Origin: Candidatus Eiseniibacteriota bacterium
GTDB taxonomy: Bacteria; Eisenbacteria; RBG-16-71-46; JASEGR01
DNA length: 64,000 nt
Assembly: GCA_030017955.1 (NCBI GenBank)
Contig: JASEGR010000001.1
Location: 13,761 to 77,760 of the forward strand
Reading direction: 5' to 3'
Shown here: in pieces, positions 8,853 to 19,283 of the stretch
How positions within the stretch are numbered: the stretch's first letter is position 1
Layout of the letters: the number at the start of each line of letters is the position of its first letter
Program-made: the position numbers and the translations under genes
Notes under the pieces: generated by a model
What the model was told of the DNA's origin: nothing
The model's database searches: none
What the model saw: the letters and a program-made list of their open reading frames with translations, nothing else

Positions 8853-10460
8853 CTAGCACACCCCGCAGAGCTTGCATGTTGTGACGTCGCACTCCGGCGA
8901 TGATTGACCTTCTTTGGCCCTGGCATATTCTTTCAAGAGAAAGCTCCTCTCGATTCCTGAATCAATGATTTCCCAGGGGAACTCGCTGTTTACAGGCCTC
9001 GGTTCATGGACATGATTCTCAATGTCAATTCCTACCCTTCTTAGCGCGAAGCGGAATTGAATTCCTTCTTTCTCCCTGTGAAAGAGGCCCATGCCCAACC
9101 TGTCATCCCCCCTGGCAATGGCGGCCTGAATGATTGCCTGACGGATGCTCTTCAGAATCAACTTCACGCCCCTCTTTCGTGAAAGGGACCGCTTGAATAT
9201 ATTCATCTTCTCTTCGAGCTCATCTTCTCTTTCCATTCCTGCCCACTGGAATGGTGTCCACGGCTTCGGCACAAACGGATTTACGCTTACCGTGAGCCGC
9301 CGCTGACGGCGTGAACCCCAGTCGCCTGCAAACGCATTCTGAGCACTTGAAACCAGGTCTCCGATGGCATCAATGTCTTCCCTTTGCTCAAGCGGAAGCC
9401 CAATCAGAAAGTAAAGCTTCACCTCTCCTATTCCGGCCTCTCCGGCCGCCTGGACCGTGTCAAGGAATGCTCTCACATTCAGCCTCTTGTTTACTACGTT
9501 TCCCATTCTCTCGGTCCCGATTTCCGGAGCAAGAGCGATTGATTTTGTGCCGCTTGAGGAAATTGTGCTGAGAAGCGATTTCATCGCCGAAGCTGTCTTC
9601 GTCACCGAATCTGCGCGCATTGACGAAATGCTCACTCTTTTTCCCAGGGCGTGAATCCTTTCGGAGACCGTGTCTATTGATGGATAATCGGAAACCGAAG
9701 CACTTACTAGTCCAACTGCGCGAACGTCGCCCGTGTTCCTTTTCACGGTCCCAAGAACAGAATCCAGTTTTCTGTTCCTCGGGGGCCTGTAGATGCAGCC
9801 CGCCGCGCAAAACCTGCATCCTCTGCCGCATCCCCGTCCAAGTTCGACAAGTAACATGGAGCCAAGGGGAGACTTTGCGCCTCCAACAACTGCAAATGTT
9901 TCAAACTCATCAAGACTCCTGATCCAGTTTCTGCGCGGCCTCGCGGATTGCCCCGCTGTCCAGTATTTCGGAATGAAGAAAAATTGTGAATCGCCCAGTT
10001 CTTCAAGAAGTGCCTCTTTTCCGGGAATCGCATTTCGTACCAGAGCTTCACCCAGCTTCGCAATCTCAGACTCCCCCTCGCCAAGAAAGAAGGCATCAAC
10101 GAATGGAACAAGCGGAAGCGGATTGAGTGTCGGAGCCACTCCGCCACAAACTATTAGCGGATCTCCTTCGCCCCTTTCTTCACGAAGGGGGTTTATGCCT
10201 GAAAGAAAAAGTATTTTGAGCAGGTTGAGATAGTCATTTTCAAATGAAATGGAGAATGCCACTGTCCCGAATTTGGAGATGGGCAGGTTGCTTTCAATCG
10301 TCCTGGGCGTGGTTCTTTCCGGCTGAAGGAAAGCTCTCTCACAATTCAGGCCGGGGACGGACGAGAGCTCCCGGAAGACCGAGACGAATCCCATGTTTGA
10401 CAGGCCAATGTGGGAGAGATTTGGATAGACGAGGACGACCGACGCTTTTGCTTTTGGCAC
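8853..10460 (-). CDS. Radical SAM protein (TIGR03960-like, B12-binding-like N-terminus)
   Basis: VYPN..GLSNMG, ELGRGCGRGCRFC, LYFLIGLP.E, FVPKPWTPFQW, C-terminal C....CKLCGVC. Confidence 0.85.
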   Translation of the reverse strand: MPKAKASVVLVYPNLSHIGLSNMGFVSVFRELSSVPGLNCERAFLQPERTTPRTIESNLPISKFGTVAFSISFENDYLNLLKILFLSGINPLREERGEGDPLIVCGGVAPTLNPLPLVPFVDAFFLGEGESEIAKLGEALVRNAIPGKEALLEELGDSQFFFIPKYWTAGQSARPRRNWIRSLDEFETFAVVGGAKSPLGSMLLVELGRGCGRGCRFCAAGCIYRPPRNRKLDSVLGTVKRNTGDVRAVGLVSASVSDYPSIDTVSERIHALGKRVSISSMRADSVTKTASAMKSLLSTISSSGTKSIALAPEIGTERMGNVVNKRLNVRAFLDTVQAAGEAGIGEVKLYFLIGLPLEQREDIDAIGDLVSSAQNAFAGDWGSRRQRRLTVSVNPFVPKPWTPFQWAGMEREDELEEKMNIFKRSLSRKRGVKLILKSIRQAIIQAAIARGDDRLGMGLFHREKEGIQFRFALRRVGIDIENHVHEPRPVNSEFPWEIIDSGIERSFLLKEYARAKEGQSSPECDVTTCKLCGVC

Positions 10461-10469
10461 TGGACGGGA

Positions 10470-12080
10470 CTACGTGTCGCTCATTTGCGTCTTCGCTACG
10501 ATGTTTCCGGGGTCAAGCGAGAGGGCTTCGAGGAACTGCGCTTCTGCTTCTCTGTTCTTTCTCATTTTTCTCAGGACGAGTCCAAGGGTTACTCTTGCTC
10601 TTACGAAATTCCTGTTTATATCCACAGCTCTTTCAAGATGTCTTTTCGCCTCATCGTCTCTGCCGAGTTTGAAGAGCAGCGAACCAAGCGCTTCGTGTAT
10701 GTCGGCATAACCGCCATTTTCATCGCACGCTTTCTTGAGAGACGCAAGCGCCTGTTCAAGCTTTCCGGCTCTTTCCTGACAGATTCCGAGATAGAATCTG
10801 GAAAGTGAGTACCCGGGGTTTATCTCCAGAGACCTCAGGAAATTCTCCTCGGCTTTCTGCCATCTCCCCTTCCCGAGATGGGCAGTTCCAAGCTGGAAGT
10901 AGAGATCAGCATAGTTTGGATGAATCTCCAGTGCTTTCTCAAGCTCAGAGATCGCTGCTTCAAACTCGCCCTTTTCAATATGCAGAAATGAGAGCTCGGA
11001 TGCAATCTCGGCAAGTTCTCCCCCAGTGCCCATGGAGGCCTTGAGCTCGCTGATTGCAGAAGTATCATCACCAAGAGCGTAGTAGCAGACCCCCATGAGT
11101 CTTCTCGCGACCCCGTAAGAGGGACTTATCCTCAGCGCACTCATGCACTCTTCAAGCGCGTCTCTCAGGTTTCCGCTCCTGAAATTCGAGACAGCCAGAA
11201 GCAGCCGTAAATCAGGGAAATTCGGTCTTAGAGAAACTGCCTTCGCCAGGTAACTTGATGCAGACTGGGGATCCCCGGCCTTGAGCAATGTCGCCCCGAG
11301 CGCTACGAGCGCCTCAAGATAATTCGGGTTGATCTCGAGGGCCTTGTTGAACTCAGAGAGTGCCTCGTTATTCCTCCCGATTTCCGATAAGAGAGTCCCG
11401 AGTCTGAATCTGTAATCGGCAAAGGCCGGCTCTGCGGAGACCGCCTTCTTCCACTCTTCGGCGGCATCCTCTTTCATTCCCCTCTGGTACAATTCCACCG
11501 CAGTCTCGACGTGAAGGAGCGCCTTTGATTTTCTGTCAATCTGGTCTTTCAGGCTTTCGAGCGAAACCATCGCCGCTCCGTTCTTGAGGGCGAGACTGGA
11601 CGGGAGCGGGAATCCCAGCTCCTTCACCTTTTGAAGCTCGTCCCTCGCGTCCTTTGTGTTTCCCTTCTCGAAGTAACATATTGCAAGGTATGAGCGGGCC
11701 TCTGCGTACTCTGGGTTTATGGCAATGGCGTCTTTCAAATGAGCAATGGCCTCATCAAGCCTTCCTGATCGCTCGCATGTCACTCCCAATTGGAAATGAA
11801 GATCTGGATAGTTCGGGTTTTCTGCAAGCGCTTTCTTGAAAGACTCCTCTGCCTTCTCAGGTTCGCCCTTCTTGAGGTAGGAAAGTCCGAGGTTTGCCCT
11901 GGCTTCAGCGGAATAGAATCTTCCCAGGCTGTAGTAGGGATCGCTTCTGTCCTCAATTTCAACAAGGGCCTTTTCGAACTCTTCGATCGCCTGATCGTAG
12001 AGGCCGTTGTTGAAACACACGATCCCCTTCTGGTAGTGACTGTCCTTCTTGGAACCGAACAGCTTAGTTAAAAAGGACAT
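10470..12080 (-). CDS. Tetratricopeptide repeat protein
   Basis: Many 34-aa repeats (A...FEKAL..NPNYxD....LG) across the whole protein. Confidence 0.93.
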   Translation of the reverse strand: MSFLTKLFGSKKDSHYQKGIVCFNNGLYDQAIEEFEKALVEIEDRSDPYYSLGRFYSAEARANLGLSYLKKGEPEKAEESFKKALAENPNYPDLHFQLGVTCERSGRLDEAIAHLKDAIAINPEYAEARSYLAICYFEKGNTKDARDELQKVKELGFPLPSSLALKNGAAMVSLESLKDQIDRKSKALLHVETAVELYQRGMKEDAAEEWKKAVSAEPAFADYRFRLGTLLSEIGRNNEALSEFNKALEINPNYLEALVALGATLLKAGDPQSASSYLAKAVSLRPNFPDLRLLLAVSNFRSGNLRDALEECMSALRISPSYGVARRLMGVCYYALGDDTSAISELKASMGTGGELAEIASELSFLHIEKGEFEAAISELEKALEIHPNYADLYFQLGTAHLGKGRWQKAEENFLRSLEINPGYSLSRFYLGICQERAGKLEQALASLKKACDENGGYADIHEALGSLLFKLGRDDEAKRHLERAVDINRNFVRARVTLGLVLRKMRKNREAEAQFLEALSLDPGNIVAKTQMSDT

Positions 12081-12131
12081 AGTCTGGCCCGCCTTCCCGG
12101 TTAAAGCACTTATCTATCCTGAGCTGCTGCT

Positions 12132-12339
12132 AGTGCACCGTAACATAAATAAGTTGACGTTGACATTGCCCCAGAACGGTGCACTGCTCGGGCTTTTAGG
12201 GGGTCGAGCCCGACCCCCTAAGGGGTTACAGTTGCGAAAGTTGCCGGTGGCAAGTTTCGAAATGTCATAGGGGCGATAGCCCCTGTGAAAGTGCTGGGGC
12301 ACCGCATAATAAGTTCGCGAATTTATGTGACACAGCACT
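12132..12339. other. Cluster of five inverted repeats in the ftsZ-TPR intergenic region
   Basis: 12132-12141/12176-12185, 12196-12221, 12235-12259, 12265-12288 and 12290-12339. Confidence 0.7.
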
Positions 12340-13492
12340 AGTCGCGCCTCCTCATGAAAGTCGGGATCTCAAGCTCATCCTTTCCTGCAACCTTATTCCA
12401 TTTCTTCTCCCTGAGTCCAAGGGAATTGAGGAGTTCTTCCTTCCTCCTGGAATCAGGCCTTCTCAGGCTCTCCTGACCCAAAGGTAGCTCAAGATGCTCC
12501 TTGGTTTCAACTAATTCTATCTTGGGTTCTCCATTCTTGCCGAACCCTGTGGCAATGACCGTGATCTTGAGCATATCCTTCATCGAGTCGTCAATGACGG
12601 CACCAAAGAGCACGTTTGCATCAGTACCCGCCGCCTCCGTTATCACGTTCGCGGCATCATTGACTTCGTGCAGCGTCAGGTCGGCGCCGCCCGTGATATT
12701 CACAAGCACTGCTTCAGCACCGGCCACGGAAACCTCTTCAAGAAGCGGACTTGAAATTGCCGCCTTTGCCGCATCAATTGCCCTGGTGGGACCCTTGCCT
12801 ACTCCGGTCCCCATAAGAGCATTTCCCTTCTCCAGCATGACGGAGCGCACATCGGCAAAGTCCAGGTTCACCAGTCCGGGCGTCGTGATCAGCTCTGAGA
12901 TTCCCCTTGCCGCCTGATGAAGTACTTCATCGGCCATCCTGAAGGCCTGCGTGAGCGTCGTCTCGCGCTCCACGACCGAAATGAGCCGTTGGTTCGGAAT
13001 CACAATAAGAGTATCAACCTCTTTCCCAAGTTCGAGAAGTCCCTCATCGGCTTGTCTCATCCTGGTCTTCCCTTCGAATTCGAAAGGCTTAGTAACTATC
13101 GCAACAGTCAGTGCCCCCATTGACCTGGCCACTGCGGCGACTACGGGAGCGCCGCCGGTGCCTGTCCCCCCGCCCATACCGGCTGTCACAAAGACCATGT
13201 CTGCGCCCTGGACTGCCTCAACGATGAGATCCTCATCTTCCTCGGTTGCCCTTTTCCCAATCTCAGGATCGCCCCCGGAGCCAAGTCCCTTCGTGAGCTT
13301 CGTCCCTAACTGAATCTTTTTGCAGGCACTTGACCGTGCCAGGGCCTGGCAATCTGTGTTTGCGACCATGAAGTCAACGTTTGAGAGCCCTGCTTCAACC
13401 ATTCTGTCTACAGCATTGCCTCCTGCCCCGCCGATTCCGATCACCCTGATTGTTGCGTTCTGTATGTTCTCCTCATCAAACTCGAAAATCAT
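12338..13492 (-). CDS. ftsZ: Cell division protein FtsZ
   Basis: GGAGGNAV, GMGGGTGTG, NLDFADV, C-terminal LEIPTFMRR. Confidence 0.99.
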   Translation of the reverse strand: MIFEFDEENIQNATIRVIGIGGAGGNAVDRMVEAGLSNVDFMVANTDCQALARSSACKKIQLGTKLTKGLGSGGDPEIGKRATEEDEDLIVEAVQGADMVFVTAGMGGGTGTGGAPVVAAVARSMGALTVAIVTKPFEFEGKTRMRQADEGLLELGKEVDTLIVIPNQRLISVVERETTLTQAFRMADEVLHQAARGISELITTPGLVNLDFADVRSVMLEKGNALMGTGVGKGPTRAIDAAKAAISSPLLEEVSVAGAEAVLVNITGGADLTLHEVNDAANVITEAAGTDANVLFGAVIDDSMKDMLKITVIATGFGKNGEPKIELVETKEHLELPLGQESLRRPDSRRKEELLNSLGLREKKWNKVAGKDELEIPTFMRRRD

Positions 13493-13517
13493 TTCATCCT
13501 CCTTTCAGATCAGATTG

Positions 13518-13590
13518 CCCCCTCACCCTACCCTCTCCCCATGGGGGAGAGGGAAACGGGGTCGACACTCTCTCCCCATGGGGGAGAGGG
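13518..13590. repeat. Pair of BoxC-like REP palindromes between ftsA and ftsZ
   Basis: ccctcaccctaccctctccccatgggggagaggg and ctctctccccatgggggagaggg. Confidence 0.85.
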
Positions 13591-13624
13591 AAGCGGGGCC
13601 GGCCGACAAGCTTGGTTTTGAGAT

Positions 13625-14854
13625 CTACGAAACAAGACTCTTCACCCATCTTCCTAATCCTCCGCCCAGTTTTCCGAGGACACCTTTCCCGTCTGCGCCC
13701 GAAGGAGCGCCGCTCTCGACAGCATGAATCACAAGTCCAACTGCTGTTGAGAATCTTGGGTCGCTGACGGCATCAATCAGTCCTCCAACTCCCTTCGGAA
13801 TTCCTCTCCTAGCCGGCATCTCAAAGATACGTTCGGAGAGCTCGGGGACACCTTCCATCGAAGATGCTCCCCCGGTAACAACAACTCCTGCCCCAAGAAG
13901 GTCTGCGAAGTGCTGCTTCTTTACCTCCCTCAGGGCAAGGTTGAATATCTCCTCCATCCTTGGTTCTATCATCGAGCTCAAGACATGCCTTGATATTTCT
14001 CTGGGCGGCCTGCCCCCGACACTTGGCACGGTCACTGCCTCTCCGGCTCCGACTGCTGAACTCAGGGCGCAGCCGTGCTGAATCTTCAACTGCTCCGCCT
14101 TGTCAATCGGCGTTCTCAGGCCTATTGCGATATCGTTCGTTACATTCGAGCCTCCAAGGCCTATTACGACAGTGTGCCTTATGCTTCCATCATGGAAGAT
14201 CGCAACGTCAGTCGTACCGCCGCCTATGTCAACGAGCACAACGCCGAGGTTTATCTCATCATCTTCGAGGACGGCTTTGCTTGACGCGATTGGCTGGAGG
14301 ATCAGGTCCTCGACTTTCAGTCCCGCCCTCTGAATGCTTCTCACGACATTCTTTGCGGACGTCACCGCACCCGTGACAATGTGGACCTCAGCTTCAAGTC
14401 TCACACCCGACATGCCGACAGGGTCTTTGATCCCGTCCTGATCGTCCACAATGAACTCCTGAGGAATCACATGAATTATCTCTCTGTCCATGGGAATGGC
14501 TACGGCCTTGGCTGCTTCGATCACCCTCCTGACATCATTCTCGCCTATCTCATTGTCTTTTCTCGAGACGGCAATCACCCCTCTTGAGTTTATGCTTCTT
14601 ATGTGATCGCCCGCGATGCCCGCATAGATCGATTTGATCTCGACGCCTGCCATTCGCTCAGCCTCTTCCACGGCACGCTCAATCGAATGAACAGTCTTCT
14701 CGAGGTTGACCACAACGCCCCTTCTCAGGCCGTCAGACGGTCCAGTCCCCACGCCCACGATGTTTATCTCGTTGTTGTCGTCAACCTCGGCAATGATCAC
14801 GCCTATCTTTGTCGTGCCGATGTCAAGAGCTGAAATGGTCTTTGTCGTGCCCAC
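13625..14854 (-). CDS. ftsA: Cell division protein FtsA
   Basis: LDIGTTKI, DIGGGTTD, VTGG, C-terminal amphipathic helix. Confidence 0.98.
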   Translation of the reverse strand: MGTTKTISALDIGTTKIGVIIAEVDDNNEINIVGVGTGPSDGLRRGVVVNLEKTVHSIERAVEEAERMAGVEIKSIYAGIAGDHIRSINSRGVIAVSRKDNEIGENDVRRVIEAAKAVAIPMDREIIHVIPQEFIVDDQDGIKDPVGMSGVRLEAEVHIVTGAVTSAKNVVRSIQRAGLKVEDLILQPIASSKAVLEDDEINLGVVLVDIGGGTTDVAIFHDGSIRHTVVIGLGGSNVTNDIAIGLRTPIDKAEQLKIQHGCALSSAVGAGEAVTVPSVGGRPPREISRHVLSSMIEPRMEEIFNLALREVKKQHFADLLGAGVVVTGGASSMEGVPELSERIFEMPARRGIPKGVGGLIDAVSDPRFSTAVGLVIHAVESGAPSGADGKGVLGKLGGGLGRWVKSLVS

Positions 14855-14909
14855 AGTCTTTTCACCTGCCCTTTCTGATCAAGTCGGCGTTCCAAGGAAT
14901 GGAGCCGGC

Positions 14910-15776
14910 TCAATCCGGTACTGTGTTGTCAAAATGGGGACTGGCTTCCCCCCTTTTTGTAACAACAAACTGATTGCTAAACCGAAGGTCTATGGATTCA
15001 GCGTCAATGCCTTTCTTCCTCAGGTCGCTCATCACAAGCCTCAGGCCTACGAGTTTCCCTCTCTCGACATCATCCTTTGAAAGCACGGCCTTCGCGCATC
15101 CTCCCGTCATGTACAGATATACTGCGCCCGATGATGAAAACCTCACTTCGGAAATAGTCTTTGACAAGCCGACTTCGGGGGTCATGAGCTCCGAGATAAG
15201 ATGGATGGCAAACCTCAGTTGGTCGCTCTGGACCCTCTGGCCCGGCCGCATCTTCCCGACTTGTATCCCGGAGACGATGGGAAGGTCGGCTACCACCCCG
15301 GAGACAGCGGATGAGAGCACTACTCCGTCAGCATCGACTTCATTGAGTTTCCCACATTGTATTAGCGCAACCGGCCTTCGCTCTCTGACGGCGATTCTTA
15401 TGGTGCCGGGCGGCACCCTTCTTACGTTCGCGTATCTTATTCTGGGATGAGAGAGGAGTCTGTTCTCTATGAGCTTCGGGTCTATTCTCAGCAAGTTTCT
15501 ATCGCGCGGAATCCGGGCGGTCTCCAAAACGTCTTCCTTGAGAAGGTACTCATTTCCTTCAATCTGGATTGTCCTGATTCTGAAGAGAGATAGTCTCGGG
15601 ATGAAGTCCGTCTCACGAACGAAGTACCAGACCTTCCCAAGCTTCCTCACGGGGACGGCATCAGGAGAAAAGGCGAAGTATGCGAGAGAGAAAAGAATGA
15701 GGATAAGCGGAGCGGCAAGATGCCGCCTTCTTCGCGTTTTTCCCGCAGTTGCTCCTCCCAGATAGGAAGTCTTCAT
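14910..15776 (-). CDS. ftsQ: Cell division protein FtsQ/DivIB
   Basis: TM segment, POTRA (I.IEGN..L....V; V.R..P.T..I.V.ER.P), IDLRF; position in the cluster. Confidence 0.9.
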   Translation of the reverse strand: MKTSYLGGATAGKTRRRRHLAAPLILILFSLAYFAFSPDAVPVRKLGKVWYFVRETDFIPRLSLFRIRTIQIEGNEYLLKEDVLETARIPRDRNLLRIDPKLIENRLLSHPRIRYANVRRVPPGTIRIAVRERRPVALIQCGKLNEVDADGVVLSSAVSGVVADLPIVSGIQVGKMRPGQRVQSDQLRFAIHLISELMTPEVGLSKTISEVRFSSSGAVYLYMTGGCAKAVLSKDDVERGKLVGLRLVMSDLRKKGIDAESIDLRFSNQFVVTKRGEASPHFDNTVPD

Positions 15777-16691
15777 TCAGACAATCTCCGGGACCATTTC
15801 GATCTCAAGTTCAAGTTCGATTCCAAACCTCTTCAGGACTTCATTCCTGGCAATATCCACGAGCCGCCGAACATCCGATGCCTTTGCGCTTCCGATGTTC
15901 ACAATGAAGTTACCGTGAAGCTCCGAGATCTGAGCCCCTCCTTCGATCCTGCCCTTCAATCCACACTGCTCTATGAGTTTTCCTGCCGAGTTCCCTTGCG
16001 GATTCCTGAAAACAGAGCCTGCCGACGGAAGCTTGATCGGCTGAGTCTGCTTTCTTTTCGCTTCGAAACTCTCCATCTTGGCTTTTATTTCCGACCGGTC
16101 CCCTTCGTGGAGCTCCAGCGTTACACTCGTCAGAACAACCGGATATGGCAAAACTGCTTTTCTGTATCCAAAGTCAATCGATGCTCCGTCAAGAAGACAG
16201 ACCCTTCCTGTCTTTGTGTAGCCTTTTACCCAGCGAATCAGCTTTCCGACTTCCCCGCCGTAAGCTCCAGCATTGGTGAAAACGGCGCCACCGATAGACC
16301 CGGGAATTCCCGTTACGAATTCGAGACCCTGGAGGGATTCATCCCTGGCAAACTTTGACACGGAAAGGAGCTTTGCCGAGGCCTGGGCTTCAATTATCCT
16401 GCCTGTTGATTGAATTCGCTCGAACCCTTTGGACAGCTTTATCACTATCCCCCTCATTCCCTCATCGCTGAAAAGCACGTTCGTGCCCAACCCGATAGTC
16501 TTCCAGGGCAGTTCCCTTGAACTTATTGCCTTGAGAAGCTCCTCGATGGCCTCCTCACTGCCGGGAATGCAGAGTACATCCGCCGGTCCGCCAATCCTGA
16601 AGTATGAGTGCCTGGAAAGAGGCTCCATCTTAAGGACCTTGACGCCCGGGATCTTCCACAGGACGCTGTATTTTTCCAGACTGTCTTCCAT
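15777..16691 (-). CDS. murB: UDP-N-acetylenolpyruvoylglucosamine reductase
   Basis: RIGGPAD, GLGTNVL, GIPGSIGGAVFTNAGAYG, SAGSVFRNP, HGNF. Confidence 0.97.
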   Translation of the reverse strand: MEDSLEKYSVLWKIPGVKVLKMEPLSRHSYFRIGGPADVLCIPGSEEAIEELLKAISSRELPWKTIGLGTNVLFSDEGMRGIVIKLSKGFERIQSTGRIIEAQASAKLLSVSKFARDESLQGLEFVTGIPGSIGGAVFTNAGAYGGEVGKLIRWVKGYTKTGRVCLLDGASIDFGYRKAVLPYPVVLTSVTLELHEGDRSEIKAKMESFEAKRKQTQPIKLPSAGSVFRNPQGNSAGKLIEQCGLKGRIEGGAQISELHGNFIVNIGSAKASDVRRLVDIARNEVLKRFGIELELEIEMVPEIV

Positions 16692-16693
16692 CT

Positions 16694-18061
16694 CTAGGCC
16701 AACCCTTTCAAGACTTCATCTCCTGTCTTCCAGATGTCTCCGGCGCCAAGCGTGACGAGGACATCTCCATCCTCAAGGAATTTCAAGAGACTCTTGGTCA
16801 ACTCTTCCAAGCTTGCGACAAGCTCTATGCCCTTCTGCCCGGTCTTCTTTACCGAATTGACTATCAGCTCTGAAGAAACGCCCGGAATAGGTTCTTCACC
16901 GGCCGCGTATATCGGAGTCACGAAGACGAAATCAGCCTGCGAGAAGCACACTCCGAAAGACTCACGGAGAGCTTTCGTTCGTGTGTAGCGGTGAGGCTGA
17001 AACGCAACAACTATCCTCTTGTTCATCGTCCGGCGGATAGTGTCGAGCACGGCAGCGATCTCGGTGGGGTGATGACCATAGTCGTCAATGACAAGGATCC
17101 CCTTCTGCCTGCCTCTGACTTCAAGCCTCCTCGATACGCCCTGAAATTCGCCCAGCGCCTCCTTCACCCTCTCAAAGTCAACGCCGAGCTCCAGGCCTAC
17201 TGAAACCGCTGCAAGCGAGTTCAGGATATTGTGCAGTCCCGGAAGCTTCAGGTCGACTTCGCCAAGCAGTTTGTCCGCCATCCACACCTGGAATCCGCAC
17301 CTTTCTCCGTTCAGCCGGAGCTCTTTGGCGAGGAGGTCGGCCCCGGTCCTGATGCCGTAGGTCAGAACTCTTTTTTCTATCCTGGGAAGAATCGACTGAA
17401 CATTGGCATCATCCAGGCAGGCAACTACGGCCCCATAGAACGGCACTCTGTTTACGAATTGAACAAACGTATCTTTTATCTCATCAATCCCGGAGTAGTG
17501 ATCAAGATGCTCGGCATCTATGTTGGTCACGACTGCAATTGTCGGCGAGAGCTTAAGGAACGAGCCGTCGCTCTCGTCTGCTTCCGCCACAAGAAACTCA
17601 CCGGTTCCGAGCCTTGCATTTGTGCCGATGGCCCGCAATCTCCCGCCCACGACTATTGTCGGGTCCAGCCCGCCCTTTGCGAGGACTTCGGCGACAAGAG
17701 AAGTTGTGGTTGTCTTGCCGTGCGCACCGGCAACTGCGACCCCATATTTCATCCGCATCAGCTCGGCGAGCATCTCGGCCCTTGGAATGGAAGGTATCTT
17801 GAGTTCCCTTGCGCCGAGAAGCTCCGGGTTGTCGCTTCCTATTGCGGAGGAAACGACGACCACGTGCGCCCCGGCTACGTTTTGCTTCGTGTGTCCAAGA
17901 AAGATATTTGCTCCGAGCAAGGAAAGCCTGTTCGTGACTTCGCTATCCCGCAGGTCTGAGCCGGAAACCGAGTAGCCCATGTTGATGAGAACCTCTGCAA
18001 TGCCGCACATCCCTGTCCCACCGATGCCTATGAAATGGATTCGTTTTATTCTGGCGTACAT
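16694..18061 (-). CDS. murC: UDP-N-acetylmuramate--L-alanine ligase
   Basis: IGIGGTGM, GAHGKTTTT, EADESD, DDYGHHPTE, FQPHRYTRT. Confidence 0.98.
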   Translation of the reverse strand: MYARIKRIHFIGIGGTGMCGIAEVLINMGYSVSGSDLRDSEVTNRLSLLGANIFLGHTKQNVAGAHVVVVSSAIGSDNPELLGARELKIPSIPRAEMLAELMRMKYGVAVAGAHGKTTTTSLVAEVLAKGGLDPTIVVGGRLRAIGTNARLGTGEFLVAEADESDGSFLKLSPTIAVVTNIDAEHLDHYSGIDEIKDTFVQFVNRVPFYGAVVACLDDANVQSILPRIEKRVLTYGIRTGADLLAKELRLNGERCGFQVWMADKLLGEVDLKLPGLHNILNSLAAVSVGLELGVDFERVKEALGEFQGVSRRLEVRGRQKGILVIDDYGHHPTEIAAVLDTIRRTMNKRIVVAFQPHRYTRTKALRESFGVCFSQADFVFVTPIYAAGEEPIPGVSSELIVNSVKKTGQKGIELVASLEELTKSLLKFLEDGDVLVTLGAGDIWKTGDEVLKGLA

Positions 18062-18067
18062 ACCAAA

Positions 18068-19186
18068 TCAGTTCCCTGCGTCCGGCGGATGATGCCCTCC
18101 GGCAAGCCTCTCAATGCATCTCGCAATCTTCTCGGCGGCATCGTATCTTGCCATTCCTCTTGCGCACTTTGACATCTTCCTGAGCGTGACGGAGTCATCC
18201 AGAATTGAGACAATGACGCCCGCGAGTCTTTCGCCTGTCAGTTCGCTTTCCCTTATTACCCTTGCTGCCCCGGCCTCTTTGAACGCGGCCGCATTGACCT
18301 CCTGATGGCCGTGAGTCGCATAAGGATACGGAATCAGTATCGAAGGGAGCCCGGAGGCGGCAATCTCAGCGAGGGCTGTTGCCCCCGCCCTCGCAACCAC
18401 GATGTCGGCTACCTTGTACGCAGCCTCAATCCGGTCGAGATAAGCTCTTATCCAGACTCTGTCTTTGAATTCCTTGAGAGATTCGCTTACCAGGGAAAAA
18501 TCACGCTCTCCTGTTTGTATGATGTACTGGATGTCCTCTCTGTTCTTCAGGACGGTAACGGTCCGCACAATTGCCTCGTTTATTCTCTTGGCCCCTCTGC
18601 TTCCTCCAAAGACAAAAACTGTCTTTTTCCCCTTTGAGAATCCGAACTCCTCAAGCCCCTGTCCTGACTCTCCTTCAACCACCGATCTTCTGACCGGGTT
18701 TCCGCTCAGCCTGAGTCTCGTTTTGCGCCTGAAGAACTTCCTGGACTCCGCAAAGCTGATGTGAATCTCGTCAGCAAACAGCGAGAGAAGTCTGTTTGAG
18801 AGTCCCGGAACGGTGTTCTGCTCTTGAATGAGAGTTGACTTTCTCAGGAGCTTCGCAACCATGAGCGTGGGACAGCTGACATATCCTCCCGTTCCAACCA
18901 CGCAGTCCGGCTTCCAGGAAATGATCATCTTCGCCGCTTGGAGCAGCCCCAAGAAGAAATCAATGAACGCCAACAGGAGCACGGGCGTGACCTTCCTCGG
19001 GAATCCCCTCGCATGCACGATTTTCAACTCGTAGCCCAGCTCCGGAATGATTTTCTTCTCAACACCCCTCTTGGTTCCGACGAAAAGCAATTCAACATCC
19101 GGGTTCGCACGTCTCAACTCTTCAGCTACTGCAACCCCGGGGTACACATGCCCTCCTGTACCGCCGCCAGCTATCATTATGCGCAT
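18068..19186 (-). CDS. murG: Lipid II GlcNAc transferase
   Basis: GGGTGGH, EQN..PG..N, GNPVR, GGSRGA, RAGA, HQ..NA; start moved to the ATG at 19186 after a GGAGGT RBS. Confidence 0.97.
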   Translation of the reverse strand: MRIMIAGGGTGGHVYPGVAVAEELRRANPDVELLFVGTKRGVEKKIIPELGYELKIVHARGFPRKVTPVLLLAFIDFFLGLLQAAKMIISWKPDCVVGTGGYVSCPTLMVAKLLRKSTLIQEQNTVPGLSNRLLSLFADEIHISFAESRKFFRRKTRLRLSGNPVRRSVVEGESGQGLEEFGFSKGKKTVFVFGGSRGAKRINEAIVRTVTVLKNREDIQYIIQTGERDFSLVSESLKEFKDRVWIRAYLDRIEAAYKVADIVVARAGATALAEIAASGLPSILIPYPYATHGHQEVNAAAFKEAGAARVIRESELTGERLAGVIVSILDDSVTLRKMSKCARGMARYDAAEKIARCIERLAGGHHPPDAGN

Positions 19187-19283
19187 CCCACCTCCCAGCC
19201 TCAGATGTTGCAAGACTCAGGCCGCCAACTGTCACCCTCCCGGGAGTTGATCTCAAATAGACTCGGCACACCGTTCCTGCCGG

